The notes beneath the pieces are model-generated. The model saw only the letters and a list, made by a program, of their open reading frames with translations, was not told the DNA's origin and ran no database searches. From Mobula hypostoma (Eukaryota): DNA of 64,000 nucleotides. Shown piece after piece: positions 11,560-24,100 of the stretch (position 1 is the first letter of the stretch; each line of letters starts with the position of its first letter). The DNA lies in NCBI RefSeq assembly GCF_963921235.1, contig NC_086108.1, positions 38,318,001 through 38,382,000 on the forward strand, in the 5' to 3' direction. The position numbers were made by a program, and so were the translations under genes.

Positions 11560-14260
11560 CCAGCACTTCGGTTATCATCTCAATTGCTACTACAACAGCA
11601 CCGATTTCAAGCCTTTGTAGGGCGAGACCAGGTTTGGAGCAAGTTTTGCCTCTCCCTGAATGAATTCAACTTCACTATATCCAGCAACATCTGTAATCTT
11701 CAGAAATGCCACAGCAGCAACAGCATTAGTTGATATATCCCAGAAGATGCAGACTTCTTCCTTTTGGACTATTGATAGTGAAACTATCATGTAGGTTCTT
11801 CAAATTTTCAAGCCTTTAAGATCCTGAAGAGAACATCACTGCTGCTACTGCTCACTTACTCATTTGGGAGTGAATCATTCCATCCATAAATGTCCAAGGT
11901 CAGCTCTCTTATGGTAAAGCATCCCTGGATACTAATAATCCAAGCAAGTCAAATAAGCAGTTAATAGTCGACAGCATGCCATGACACGTAGTGTCTTTTG
12001 GTATCAGTGACCTAGAATGTAAGGTATCAGGAACAAGGTCTCATCCAAGGCCGAGACTACACTGCACAAGAGGGAGGCACTATCAAAGATCAAGTTGTTG
12101 TACACCTTCAGCTAGATCTTCAGATGGGAAACATTGGATGACCACAGCACTGTTGTACGTAAACTTATGCAATCTGAGTTGAAACTTGCCCAAATGTCTT
12201 GCCCTATTTCTTCTGCACTAGAAAATGATTTAAGACCATCATCAACATGGAAACGTTTTTCTATGTACCTTAGTGCTTCAGTCCTGAATTCCTTCTTTAC
12301 CTCAATAGCTGTCCTCTAAAGGCCATAGATTGTGCTACAGCCAGCGAGAGACAGTTACCAAATTCATGAATTTTCATGCAGTACTCCAGAATCTCAGGTA
12401 GCTCAAGAATCTGCAGTAGCCTTGATGATCCTCTCTCACCAGAAAGCTGTGGAACACTTGTTCAACATCTGCCATCACAGCAACCAACTCAGTTCTGAAG
12501 CAGACAAAGACCCTAAGCAGACTGTTATTGAGGTCTAGACTCCACAAGAGCTCACTTTTCAGTGATACACCTTTGAACTGCAAACTTGAATCAAAGATGT
12601 TTGTATTTGAGCAGGCTTCTGTGGATGGTAGACACAAAGTTGAGCAAATTCCAATTTTCTTTGCTGGGATCCAGTGAAGGGGCCAACTCAGCATAATTGT
12701 TCCTGAAAAGTCTCTCTATAAACTCTGCACAATGATCCTTTCATATCTGGTTTCCTTCTCAATGTGCAACTGAGGGACATAAGTCAATTAGGAGCCTGTT
12801 CTCTGTTGTTTGATAAGAAATGTCATAGAGAGCAGAAAAGTAAAGAAGCTACTCAACTATGACACGTCTTTGCTGAGCTCTTTGCTCACGAAAGGCCTCA
12901 CCTTTGATGGAAAGTGCCGGCTTATAATCATTTTCCAAGTGGCAGAAGACTAATTTGCCAAAATCTGGTTGAGCAGAGCTCAGGGTGCTTGGTTTGCTCA
13001 CCTACAATGTTCTCCTTCACGTACATTCTACTCTCACAGGGTCTGTAACAACGTGGGTGCCCATTCTTCATGATATTGAGAATGGGCTGACTTAAACGTG
13101 CTGACTGTAGGCTGAGGAGCACCACTGAGCAGACCTCAATCACTACGATCCAATCCAGGTCCAGTCTTTTGGTATTGCACTGTTCACATCCCTTACGTGT
13201 ATGGATGGTGTCTCTGCCAAGCAACAGGAAATATCAGCACAAGAGTCAGCAAAGGGATCTTCTCAGCAATGGCATTCAGATGTGAGTGACTGCGTGCAGC
13301 TTCAGGAGTTGGGATTTAATCCCTTTTGTTGAGGTGCTCCTTTGGGCAGATGTTGGCTAGATATATTTTACAGCAGGATTTGCACTGGAAGCCTTCCCTG
13401 CATACCACTGTGCATGAGGAATTGGCTACTTCTGATGGATGCTCAGCTGGCCCCCCGCCATGTTGTGTTGTCGGTGTCCTGGATCCTGTAGTAGCCTAAA
13501 ATGCTGGCCTTGAATCAAGTGCTGAAATGTGCACTCAGTGCAGTGTATAACAGCTTCATAGTCTTTTGTTGCATGGCTGTGTACAACACTTGAAACATAT
13601 TGAGCGCTTTTTAAAAAATCATCTCTGGCCTGCAAGCAGTTTTTCTATGAACCCTCTGCATTTTCTTCAGGATGAGGTTTTGGTTTTCCATGCTTTTGTT
13701 GGAGACCTTTCATTGACTGAGGTGTTACCAGAATTTAAGAGCATAAAACTGGGATCATTTCATATTACTGCATGGTAGCATATAAAATCCATAAAGATTG
13801 TTAAAGGTGGATAAGATGCATGATGCTTTGTTTTATAACTGAAACGTTCAGATATCCACTGTCTTGCATTTTGTTCAGTACTTCTTCCACTCTAGGGTTT
13901 ATTCCTCTTGCTGTGTCCAAGAAACTCAGCCCAGGCAGGCAAACCTCACTTTTAGCAGTTTGCAGTTCCAACAGGAGATAAGCAAGATCCTGTAATTTCT
14001 GCAGTTCTTGGTGTAAGAGCTCTGGAAAATTTTCAAGTCTCCTGAAGCGAAATTCTTTGATTATCTCTAGAGAGCCATCACATTTATCCAGCATCTGCCG
14101 CAGTATTTGTAAACCTGTAGCTGGATTACTAATATGCACTGCTTTTTGCATGTTGCAGTAACTCTTCACCAATCCACTAACAGAGAAGGTCTAGCTTTTC
14201 GCTGTTGAGACTTAATCCTTCCTCTACCTTGCAGAAGCTTGACTTCCAAGGCAAATACAG
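11560..14260 (-). mobile_element. BEL/Pao LTR retrotransposon remnant, 3' part (gag C-terminus, RT, RNase H)
   Basis: LLELQTAKSEVCLPGLSFLDTARGINP (gag); LNNSLLRVFVCFRTELVAVMADVEQVFHSFLVREDH and FHVDDGL (RT); CIFWDISTNAVAAVAFL...GEAKLAP (Pao RNase H); many stops and frameshifts. Confidence 0.85.
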
Positions 14261-16160
14261 TAGCTGGCAAACTGCTAGACCAGCTGGGATGCCAGGCAGG
14301 ATAGTGGACTGCTCCTCTTGAGGAACGTGGTAAGACAGGGAACAACCTCCAGTGTCCTTGATGTCTACACCTACAAGAAGTACATCTAGCTGCAGCTTCT
14401 TGTAGACTGTGTTAAGTTATTGGAGCTGCAACTACAATGGATGATCTCCAGATCATTTGGGAAGCAGAGGGGTTGACTGACAAGGCATATAGTGATATAG
14501 TTACACCCAAGGGGCAGGACGCATCTAACTGGGTGACAGTCAGACGAGGAAAAGGGAACAGGCCACTAGTGCAGAGTACCCCTCAACAAGAGTTATACTG
14601 CTTTGGAATCTGTTGGGGGAGGGTTAATCTAGCAGAGAAACCCCCACAGAGGTTAGATCTCCAACACTGTGTCTGGCTCTCTGGTACAGAAGGGAAGTGG
14701 AAAAGAGGAGGCAAGCTGCATTGATCGTGGAAATAGGGGAAATAGACAGGAGATTTGGTAGACAAGAACAAGATTTCAGGATATGTTGCCTCTCGGGTTA
14801 CAGGGTCAGGGATATCTCATATCGAGTCCACAGCATTCTTAAGTGGGAGGGTGAGCAGCCAGAAGTTGTGGTTCATGTCAGTAGCAATAACATGGGTAGG
14901 AGGGGTGACAAGGTCCTGCAAAGTGAGTTCAGGCAGTTAGGTACAAAGTTGAAGGACAGCTGCTCTAAGTTGTGATCTCATGGCTGCTACCTGTGCCATG
15001 TGCAAGTGAGGCCAGAAATAGGAAGATTATACAGTTTAACACAAGGACTATTGGAAGATAGGTTAATGAGCTTAGGGCATGGATCAGCACGTGGAATTAG
15101 GACATTGCAGCCATCAGTAAAACTTGGCTGCAGGAGGGGCAGGACTGGCATCCCAATGTTCCAGATTGCTGTTGCTTTGGACTTGATAGAGTAGGAGAGA
15201 TTAAAAGGGGGAAGGGTGGCACTAAGTCAGGGCAAATGTCACAGTTGTGTTCAGACAGGACAGACTGGAGAGTTTGTCTACTGAGGATTTGTGGGTGGAA
15301 CTGAAGGATAAGAAAGGGATTACCACATTAATTAGATTATATTACAGACCACCCAACAGTCTACGGGATTTAGAGGAGCAAATTTGTGGCAAGATCACAC
15401 ACGGTTGCAAGAAACATAAGGTTATAATAGTAGGTAAGCTTACCACATATTGACTTGGAGTCCCATACTATAAAAGGGCTAGATGAGAAAGAGTTTGTCA
15501 AATGTATTCAGGGAAGTTTCCTTAATCAGTACACAGAAGTCCCAACTAGACAGACTGAGATTCTAGATCTCCTATTGGTGACAGAAGTCTGTGTAGGGGA
15601 ACACTTTGCATCTAGTGATCATAATGTCATTAGCTTCAAAGTAATTTATGCAGAAGGATTGGTCTCGTCCTTGGGTTGAGATTCTAAATTGGAGAAAGGC
15701 CAATTTTGATAGTAACAGGAAGGTTCTTGTAAAAGTGGATTGGGACAAGTTGCTTTCTGGCAAAGGTGTATTTGGTAATTGGAAGGCTTTCAAAAGTGAA
15801 ATGCTGAGAATACAGAGTTTGTATGTTCATGTCATAATAAAAGGCATGGTTAACAGGTTTAGGGAACCTTGGTTTTTGAGAGATAGTGAGGACTTAGTTA
15901 AGAGAAAAGAAGGAAGTGCATTGCAGATATAGGCAGTAAGGAGAAAATTAGGTACTTGACGAGTATTAGAAATGTAAGAGAACACTTAATAGGGAAATCA
16001 GGAGGGTCAAGAGGAGGCATGAGGCTGTCCTAGAGGACAAGGTGAAGGTGAACCCCAAGGGCTTGTACAATTATATTAAAAACAAAAGGGCAGCAAGGGA
16101 CAAAATTGGTTCTGTTTAGGGTAAGATAATTGGGAGAAAGGTACATAATTCACAACAACC

Positions 16161-16952
16161 CGAAAGGGATTGAAGATGGTGGAGCTTAGTTACTATGGCG
16201 CTAAACGGCAACTCCTTTGCTTGCGTCTTCAGAAACAGCTCTATTTCCATCTTTAATATCTCTATTTTGCCCTTTCAGGGTTCTTTTGAAGACCCTAACC
16301 GGGAGTTACACACTGACTTTGGTTCGTTGCAGGAATGGGACCCGTTTTCGGAATTTCATGACCGGCCATTATTCGACATGTCAAGGACATGACCGAAGAG
16401 CTTAGCTTGCTTTCAGAGGTCCAAGATCCTGTGGCTCTGGAAATGGGCAGATCGAAGGTCAGTGTCCCGGCAGGAGATCGGTGTGTTGTGGAAGTCAGAA
16501 GATTTCTGGCTGTTCTGACAGAGTTCAGAAAAAGCAACGCAACAGACATTTAACATCATAAACCAGTGAGTTGTTTGTTATGTTTCCCTTCTCACTGTGA
16601 AATGGAGGCATCCCTTTCTCCCTTATTAGGGAGAGAGAGAGAGCCTGTGGTATGTCGAATACCGGGTGAACAAGTAGCCTTTGGGGTACTGCAAGTCTGT
16701 GTCTTTACTGTAGACTTGAGTGTAGGTGGGGTGTGCAGATATTTTTTTTTGTTGCTGGGGGAGGAGAGATTGTTGCTTTGCTGCTGCTTACATGTGGGAG
16801 GGGGAGCTGGGGGAGCATTGTGGGGTTCTAACATTTAACTGTCATTCTTTGGGGGCACTCCTCTGTTTTTGTGGATGGTTGTGAAGAAAAAGCATTTCAT
16901 GATGTATATTGTATAGAGTTCTCTGACATTAAATGTACCTTTGAAACCTTTG
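16161..16952 (+). mobile_element. Non-coding retroposon inserted into the Gypsy LTR
   Basis: aagatgg head; attaaa signal then (cctttgaaa)n tail; possible aacc TSD; no credible ORF. Confidence 0.6.
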
Positions 16953-17340
16953 AACCACCAAGATCGAATTGGGGTTTTGCTTTAAGAGGTTGGTCTGATT
17001 GTGATGACATTGTTACAGAAAGATTTTTAGTGCACTCTTGTTTTTAAGTTCAGGGTATCAATAAAATGTGCTAGGGGTTTCATTAAACATAAAATGCCTC
17101 ACTTAATTTTATCTTCAAAAACCTACATTGTTGACCCTGATGCTCTAGGATGAGTCGAGAGTTATTGAACACATCAGCCAACGCAGTCGCTTTGAAACTG
17201 GAGTGTTGGGAGCAAAATGCCATTGCTTAGTTTTTACAGGCTGAGGCCCAGATTGCTCTGCAAGAAATCTCCGCCAACAACACCAAATTCTACTACATGG
17301 TAGCAGTGCTCAGTCATTCCATGGCTGCAAGAGTAGTAAG

Positions 17341-18152
17341 CAATACTCTCTCTAATTTGTAATGGCCAGTGTGCGCAAAAATCTTGTGCTGTGCAATTTT
17401 TTGACCAGAAACAACAATATGTGTACCCTGAATTTTATATGTAGAAATATTCATTTTAATACCTAGCAAAGCACTGTCAATAAGAACTTTGTTCTCCTCT
17501 AGGTGTGACCATTTTTGTTCTCGTTCACCTGCACTCTCACAACACATACATAGCAGGCCTATCGTGGGTAATGAAGGATTTTCTTGTCGGAGCTTTTGCA
17601 CACCATTTGCTTGCTAAATGATGCTTTAAAAAGTCGTGTTTCCAAATACTACTCCACTTCTTCCCACCCGCAAATTCTCCAGCAACTTTTGTATCGCGAC
17701 AATACACACAAGTAATACCAGTTTCTGTATTTTACATAAATATTTCCCATAGCTGCATGTTCCTGACTACGTGAGCTTTCGATGTAACAGTTTCTAGTGT
17801 TTTATCAAGCCATTCCGCCTTAAATGTACTAGCAGTTCTCTTGCACTTCACGAACTTCGTTTCTTTGGAATTCAACATAGTGAATCAATAACTTCTTCAA
17901 TAAAAACTGTATAAATAAGCCAGTTCTAAAATCTGCAGACAAATCATTACAACCTCCACATTGTCAACACCGTCCCGCATCAGAAATTGGAAAAGGAAAT
18001 ATGATTGTGTACAATTGTGAAATATACTTAACATTCCAATGAGGTAGAGGGTAACAAGCTTTTGTGTGCAGTTTAAATTCATTTGTGCACGAGTAGCAAA
18101 ATATATGAGCATATACACATGCACACATGCACACACCTTAGAGGGAACATTG
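17341..18152. mobile_element. Non-autonomous hAT DNA transposon inside Gypsy gag
   Basis: Imperfect TIRs caatactctctctaa / ttagagggaacattg; degenerate 8-bp TSD gtagtaag (17333-17340) / gtggtgaa (18153-18160); gag reading resumes afterwards. Confidence 0.75.
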
Positions 18153-19191
18153 GTGGTGAATTTGCTTGAACACGGTAAATACTATTCACTAAAACCTCAC
18201 CTTTTATAGACTTTTGGACTATTGAAGTCTGAGCGTGCCAAACAGTTACTCTCCGAACACAGTCTCGGCAAAGCTAGGCCTTCGGAGCTAATGGACCACA
18301 TGATGTCTCTCCTGGGAAATCAGCAAATGCCTGATCAAGTTGGTGTAGCCCTAGCTAATGCAGCCGTGATGAGCTATAGGGTGCTTGCTAATAATGGCTG
18401 ATAGTCTACACTCAGGTGGGCAGTGGTGCAACATTCTTCCTCCTTTCTCTACCTCAATAAGCCCGGTCAGCAAGGCCGCCGACATGTGAAACAGACAGTG
18501 CCAGGTCTGTGTTATTACCATGTTTGCTTTGGTACGAATGTTAGGAAGTGCCCACCACCTTGCAGCTTCAACAGTGCCCGTGCATTGTGAACACGGTGGG
18601 TTCAGCTGCTGGGGTAATCTACTGTTCATTACAGACACCCTTTCAGGACGATGCTTCCTGTGTGACACAAGTGCTCAAGTGAGTATGCTGCCAGCATCGC
18701 CGATTGATGAGAAGGCAAAGAGCGACAAACCCTTGCTGGAGGCCGCCAATGGCAGCAAGACCCAGACTTATGGGCAACACTACACATGGGACTTCATCCT
18801 GGTTAAAGTGGCTAGATCTCCGCTGGGTATGGATTTCTTGTGTGCCCAAGGACTGTTAGTCGGGGTCAAGAAATGCCAGCTTGTGGATGTTAAAGACTTT
18901 TGGCCATTAACCTGCTCCCCCAGCAAGTGCCCCACAATGACTCTTGTCAAGTACATGCACCACCGCACAAAATTTACTCAACTGCTGGATGAATTCCTAA
19001 ACCTCACCAAGCCCACATTTTCAATTACAGTTACCAAACATAGGCTGGAGCACCATATTCCCACAACTAGCCTGCCAGTCCATGCTCACTGGACCCAGAA
19101 AAGCTCGCCACCGTGAAGGCTGAGTTTGCCAACCTGGAAAGGCTCAAAATTGTATACCGGTTGAATAGCCCCTGGGCTTTGCCCCCCCATA

Positions 19192-19811
19192 GAAATCAGA
19201 AACAGGTTTATCATCACTGACATGTAATGTGAAATTTGTTAACTTAGCAGCAGCAGTTCAATGCAATACATAATCTAGCAGAGAAAGAAGTTAATAATAA
19301 TAAATAAGAAAAAAATAAATAAACAAGTAAATCAATTACATATATTGAATAGATTTTTTTTAAGTGCAAAAACATATATACTGTAGATTAAAAAAAAGTG
19401 AGGTAGTCTCCAAAGATTCAATGTCCAGTTAGGAATCGAATTGCAGAGGGGAGGAAGCTGTTCCTGAATCACAGAGTATATGCCTTCAGGCTTCTGTATC
19501 TCCTACCTGGTGGTAACAGTGAGAAAAGGGGATACCCTGGTGTTGGAGGTCCTTAATAATGGACACTGCCTTTCTGAGACACCACTCCCTAAAGATGTCC
19601 TGGGTACTTTGTAGGCTAGTACCCAAGATGGAGCTGACTAGATTTACAACCTTCTGCAGCTCCTTTCGGTTCTGTGCAGTAGCCCCTCCATACCAGACAG
19701 TGATGCAGCCTGTCAGAATGCTCTCCACAGTACAACTATAGAAGTTTTTGAGTGTATTTGTTGACATGACAAATCTCTTCAAACTCCTAATAAAGTATAG
19801 CCGCTGTCTTG
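19192..19811 (-). mobile_element. Rex1-like LINE 3' fragment inserted into Gypsy RT
   Basis: RQRLYFIRSLKRF...NFYSCTVESILTGCITVWYGG; TSD ccata at 19187-19191 and 19812-19816. Confidence 0.85.
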
Positions 19812-20326
19812 CCATATGGTCCCCAAGTCCGATGGTGGTTGCTGCCCATATGGTGAATACTGACACCTTAACCAGGCCACAACCCTCGATCGTTACCCAG
19901 TACTAGACACTTAAGGCTTTTTGGCCATTGGGGCTACCATCAGGTGCCTGTGTGCTTTAAGGACATTCCCAAATCAAGTGTGATAACCCTTTTTGATCTT
20001 TCAAAGTTTCTGCTCAAGTCGTGCTGCTATTTGCATCTGTGACAGATGAACACAGAGTCTATCAAAGTGAGAGAAAGAGGCAGTGAGGTCACAGATCCTT
20101 TACAGAATACAGAGGAGGAGGTGTTTGCTGTGTTGAGGCAAATTAGGGTGGATAAATCCATAGGGCCTGAGAATGTGTTCCCTCGAACGCTGTGAGAGGC
20201 AGAAATTGCAGGGGCCCTAGCAAAGATGTTTAAAACATTCTTAGCCACGGGTGAGATGCTGGAGGATTGGAGGATACCCAATGTTTCTCAGTTGTTTAAT
20301 AAAGGCTCTAGGAATAAGCCGGGAAT

Positions 20327-20956
20327 ATGGCGACGTGACGCATCTTGATGGTGGCGTGACGCAGCTCGCAGCGGCCACTCCGGTGAATACTATCTGTTAT
20401 CTGTCAATTGGGTGCCGTGCACAATCCTGATTTGATGGATACAGACGTGAGAGCACGGAGGAACATCTGGTGAAACTTCTGAAATGCCTGTTTCACTGCT
20501 GCTGCTACTGTGTGATCCAGAATCTCCGGAGGGGAAGGGCCCAAGTCCTCGGCTTTGCTTGTTGCTTGGCAGCCGGGGCGAGGTCGAAGTGCTCGGCAGA
20601 GATGGTGCTCGGTGCTCGGTGTCGTAGGGCTGGTTAGAGGCTCGAAGTTTTCGGACAGATTCAGAGACGGCTGTGGTCGGGTGCTTCCAATGCATCGGCA
20701 AGATTGCGGCGCTTCCGTCTGCGTGAGATGATGGGGCTATCCGGACTTAAGACTTTTTTTTTTACCATGCCCATGGTCTGCTCTTTATCAAATTACGGTA
20801 TTGCTTTGCGCTGTTGGAACTATATGTTATAATTATGCGGTTTTGTCAGTTTTAGTCTTGGTTTGTCCTGCATTTCTGTGATATCTTTAGGAAGGAACAT
20901 TGTATCATTTTTTAATGCATGCATTTCTAAATGACAATCCTCATAATCTAATCTAA
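20327..20956 (+). mobile_element. Non-autonomous retroposon with (aatct)n tail, copy 1
   Basis: GC-rich atggcg head; ends cataatctaatctaa; splits CR1-A between PG and NYRP; homologous to 26095-26685 and 46619-47166. Confidence 0.75.
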
Positions 20957-21192
20957 GAAATTATAGGCCAGTGAGGCTGACATCAGAGGAGGGTAAGCTA
21001 TTGCAAGGCATTCTGAAGGACCAGATATACAAGTATTTGGATAGACAGGGACTGATTAGGGATAGTCAACATAGCTCTGTGCATGGTAGATCATGTCTAA
21101 ACAATCTTAGAGTTTTTCAAGGAAGTTACCAGGAAATTTGGTGAAGGCAATGCAGTGGATGTGTCAACATGGACAAAGCCTTTGACAAGATC

Positions 21193-24100
21193 CAGGACAT
21201 CTTTAGGGAGCAAGAAGGCTGTGCGTGACTGGCTGATTTTCGGAGCCAAGGCAGTTTTTACCACTCTGGGTAAAAGAGAGGCCAGACCGCGCAGGTGCGT
21301 GACGTCAGCCAGTAGGACGCGAAAGGTTTAAAAAGAAGACCGCCATATCCAGCGGGCAGCGGAGTGAGAGGCAGCAGAGTGATAGGGCTTTGGCTCAACA
21401 GGTGTGTAGGGTAACAGGATGAGGCAAGGTAGGTTTACCGGTGTTATTTATGGAAAGAAGGAAATATGTGTGTGAGGCCAGTTTTCTGTGCTCGGTCTCA
21501 GATGCGGGAGGTCCTGGAGTCTTCCAGCCTCCCAGACGGCCATATCTGCACCAGGTGTGTCGAGCTGCAGCTCCTAAGGGACCATGTTAGGGAACTGGAG
21601 ATGCAGCTCGATGACTTTCGCCTGGTCAGGGAGAGTGAGGAAGTGAGAGAAAGGAGTTACAGGCAGGTGGTCACACCAGGGCCACAGGAGACAGACAAGT
21701 GGGTCACAGTCAGGAGAGGGAAGGGGAAGAGTCAGGTACTAGAGAGTACCCGTGGCTGTACCCCTTGACAATAAGTACTCCTGTTTGAGTACTGTTGGTG
21801 GGGGGGGGACAGCCTACCTGGGGGAAGTGACAGTGGCCGTGCCTCTGGCACAGTGTCTGGCCCTGTAGCTCAGAAGGGTAGGGAAAGGAAGAGGAAGGCA
21901 GTAGTGATAGGGGACTCTATAGTTAGGGAGTCAAACAGGCGATTCTGTGGACGCAGGAAAGAAACTCGTATGGTAGTTTGCCTCCCAGGTGCCAGGGTCC
22001 GGGATGTTTCAGATCACGTCCAAGATATCCCGCAGTGGGAGGGAGAACAGCCAGAGGTCGTGGTACATACTGGTACCAATGACATAGGTAGGAAAGGGGA
22101 AGAGGTCCTGAAAAAAGACTACAGGGAGTTAGGGAGTTAGGAAGTTGAGAAGCAGGACCGCAAAGGTAGTAATTCCAGGATTACTGCCTGTGCCATGCAA
22201 CAGTGAGAATAGGAATAGAATGAGGTGGAGGATAAATGCTTGGCTGAGAGATTGGAGCAGGGGGCAGGGATTCAGATTTCTGGATCACTGGGACCTCTTT
22301 TGGGGCAGGTGTGAAGGTGACCTGTACAAAAAGGATGGGTTGCACTTGAATCCCAGGGGGACCAATATCCTGGCGGAGGGGTTTGCTAAGGCTACTGGGG
22401 AGAGTTTAAACTAGAACTGTTGCGGGGTAGGAACCTAACTGAAGAGACTGGAGAAGAGGAGGTTGGCTCACAAATAGAGAAAGCTTATAGACAGTGCGAG
22501 AGGGAGGATAGGCAGGTGATAGAGAAGGGGCATGCTCAGACCAAAGGTTTGAGATGCATCTATTTTAACACAAGGAGTGTTGTGAACAAAGTGGATGAGT
22601 TTAGAGCGTGGATCAGTACTTGGAGATATGATGTGGTGGCCATTACAGAGACTTGGATAGCGCAGGGACAGGAATGGTTTCTTCAAGTGCCAAGTTTTAG
22701 ATGTTTCAGAAAGGACAGGGAGGGAGGCAGAAGAGGTGGAGGCGTGGCACTGTTGATCAGAGATAGTGTCACGGCTGCAGAAAAGGTGGACGTCATGGAA
22801 GGATTGTCTACGGAGTCTCTGTGGGTGAAGGTTAAGAACAGGAAGGGGTCAATAACTTTACTGGGTGCTTTTTTATAGGCTGCCCAATAGTAACAGGGAT
22901 ATCGAGGAGCAGATAGGGAAACAGATCCTGGAAAGGTGTAATAATCACAGAGTTGTCATGATGAGAGATCTTAATTTCCCAAATATCGATTGGTATCTCG
23001 CTAGAGCTAGGGGTTTAGATGGGGTGAAATTGGTTAGGTGTGTTCAGGACGGTTTCTTGACACAATATGTAGATAGGCCTACAAGAGGAGAGGTTGTACT
23101 TGATTTGGTATTGGGAAATGAACCTGGTCAGGTGTCAGACCTCTCAATGGGAGAGTACTTTGGAGATAGTGATCATAATTCTATCTCCTTTACAATAGCA
23201 TTGGAGAGAGCTAGGAACAGACAAGTTAGAAAAGCATTTAATTGGAGTAGGGGAATTATGAAGCTATCAGGCAGGAAATTGGAAGCTTAAATTGGAAACA
23301 GATGTTCTCAGGGAAAGGTACGGAAGAAATGTGGCAAATGTTCAGCGGATATTTGGGTGGAGTTCTGCATAGGTACGCTCCAATGAGACAGGGAAGTTAT
23401 GGTAGGGTACAGGAACCAGGGTGTACAAAGGCCGTAATAAATCTAGTCAAGAAGAAAAGAAAAGCTTACAAAAACTTCAGAGAGCTCGGTAATGTTAGAG
23501 ATCTAGAAGATTATAAGGCTAATAGGAAGGAGCTTAAGAAGGAAATTAGGAGAGCCAGAAGGGGCCATGAGAAGGCCTTGCTGGGCAGGATTAAGGAAAA
23601 CCCCAAGGCATTCTACAAGGATGTGAAGAGCAAGAGGATAAGACGCAAAAGCATAGGACCTATCAAGTGTGACAGTGGGAAAGTATGTATGGAACCGGAG
23701 GAAATAGCAGAGGTACTTAATGAATACTTTACTTCAGTATTCACTATGAAAAAGGATCTTGGTGATTGTAGTGATGACTTGCAGCAAACTGTAAAGCTTG
23801 AGCATGTAGATATTAAGAAACAGGATGTGCTGGAGCATCAAGTTGGATAAGTCGCCAGGACCAGATGAGATGTACCCCAGGCTACTGTGGGAGGCAAGGG
23901 AGGAGATTGCTAAGCATCTGGCGATGATCTTTGCATCATCAATGGGAACAGGACAGATTCCAGAGGATTGGAGGGTTGTGGCTATTGTTCCCTTATTCAA
24001 GAAAGGGAGTAGAGATAGCCCAGGAAATTATAGACCAGTGAGTCTTACTTCAGTGGTTGGTAAATTGATGGAGGAGATCCTGAGAGGCAGGATTTATGAA

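Larger units (their letters stand above)
16113..20020 (+). mobile_element. Degenerate Gypsy LTR retrotransposon (5' LTR 16113-17127, gag, protease, RT N-terminus; 3' part deleted)
   Basis: LTR termini tgtttagg...acctaca; degenerate tRNA-Trp-like PBS ttgttgaccctga; gag AVALKL..W...QAEAQ; CYYHVCFG...KC..PC; protease FLCDTSAQVS; RT SPWA..HMVPK...LDRYP. Confidence 0.8.
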
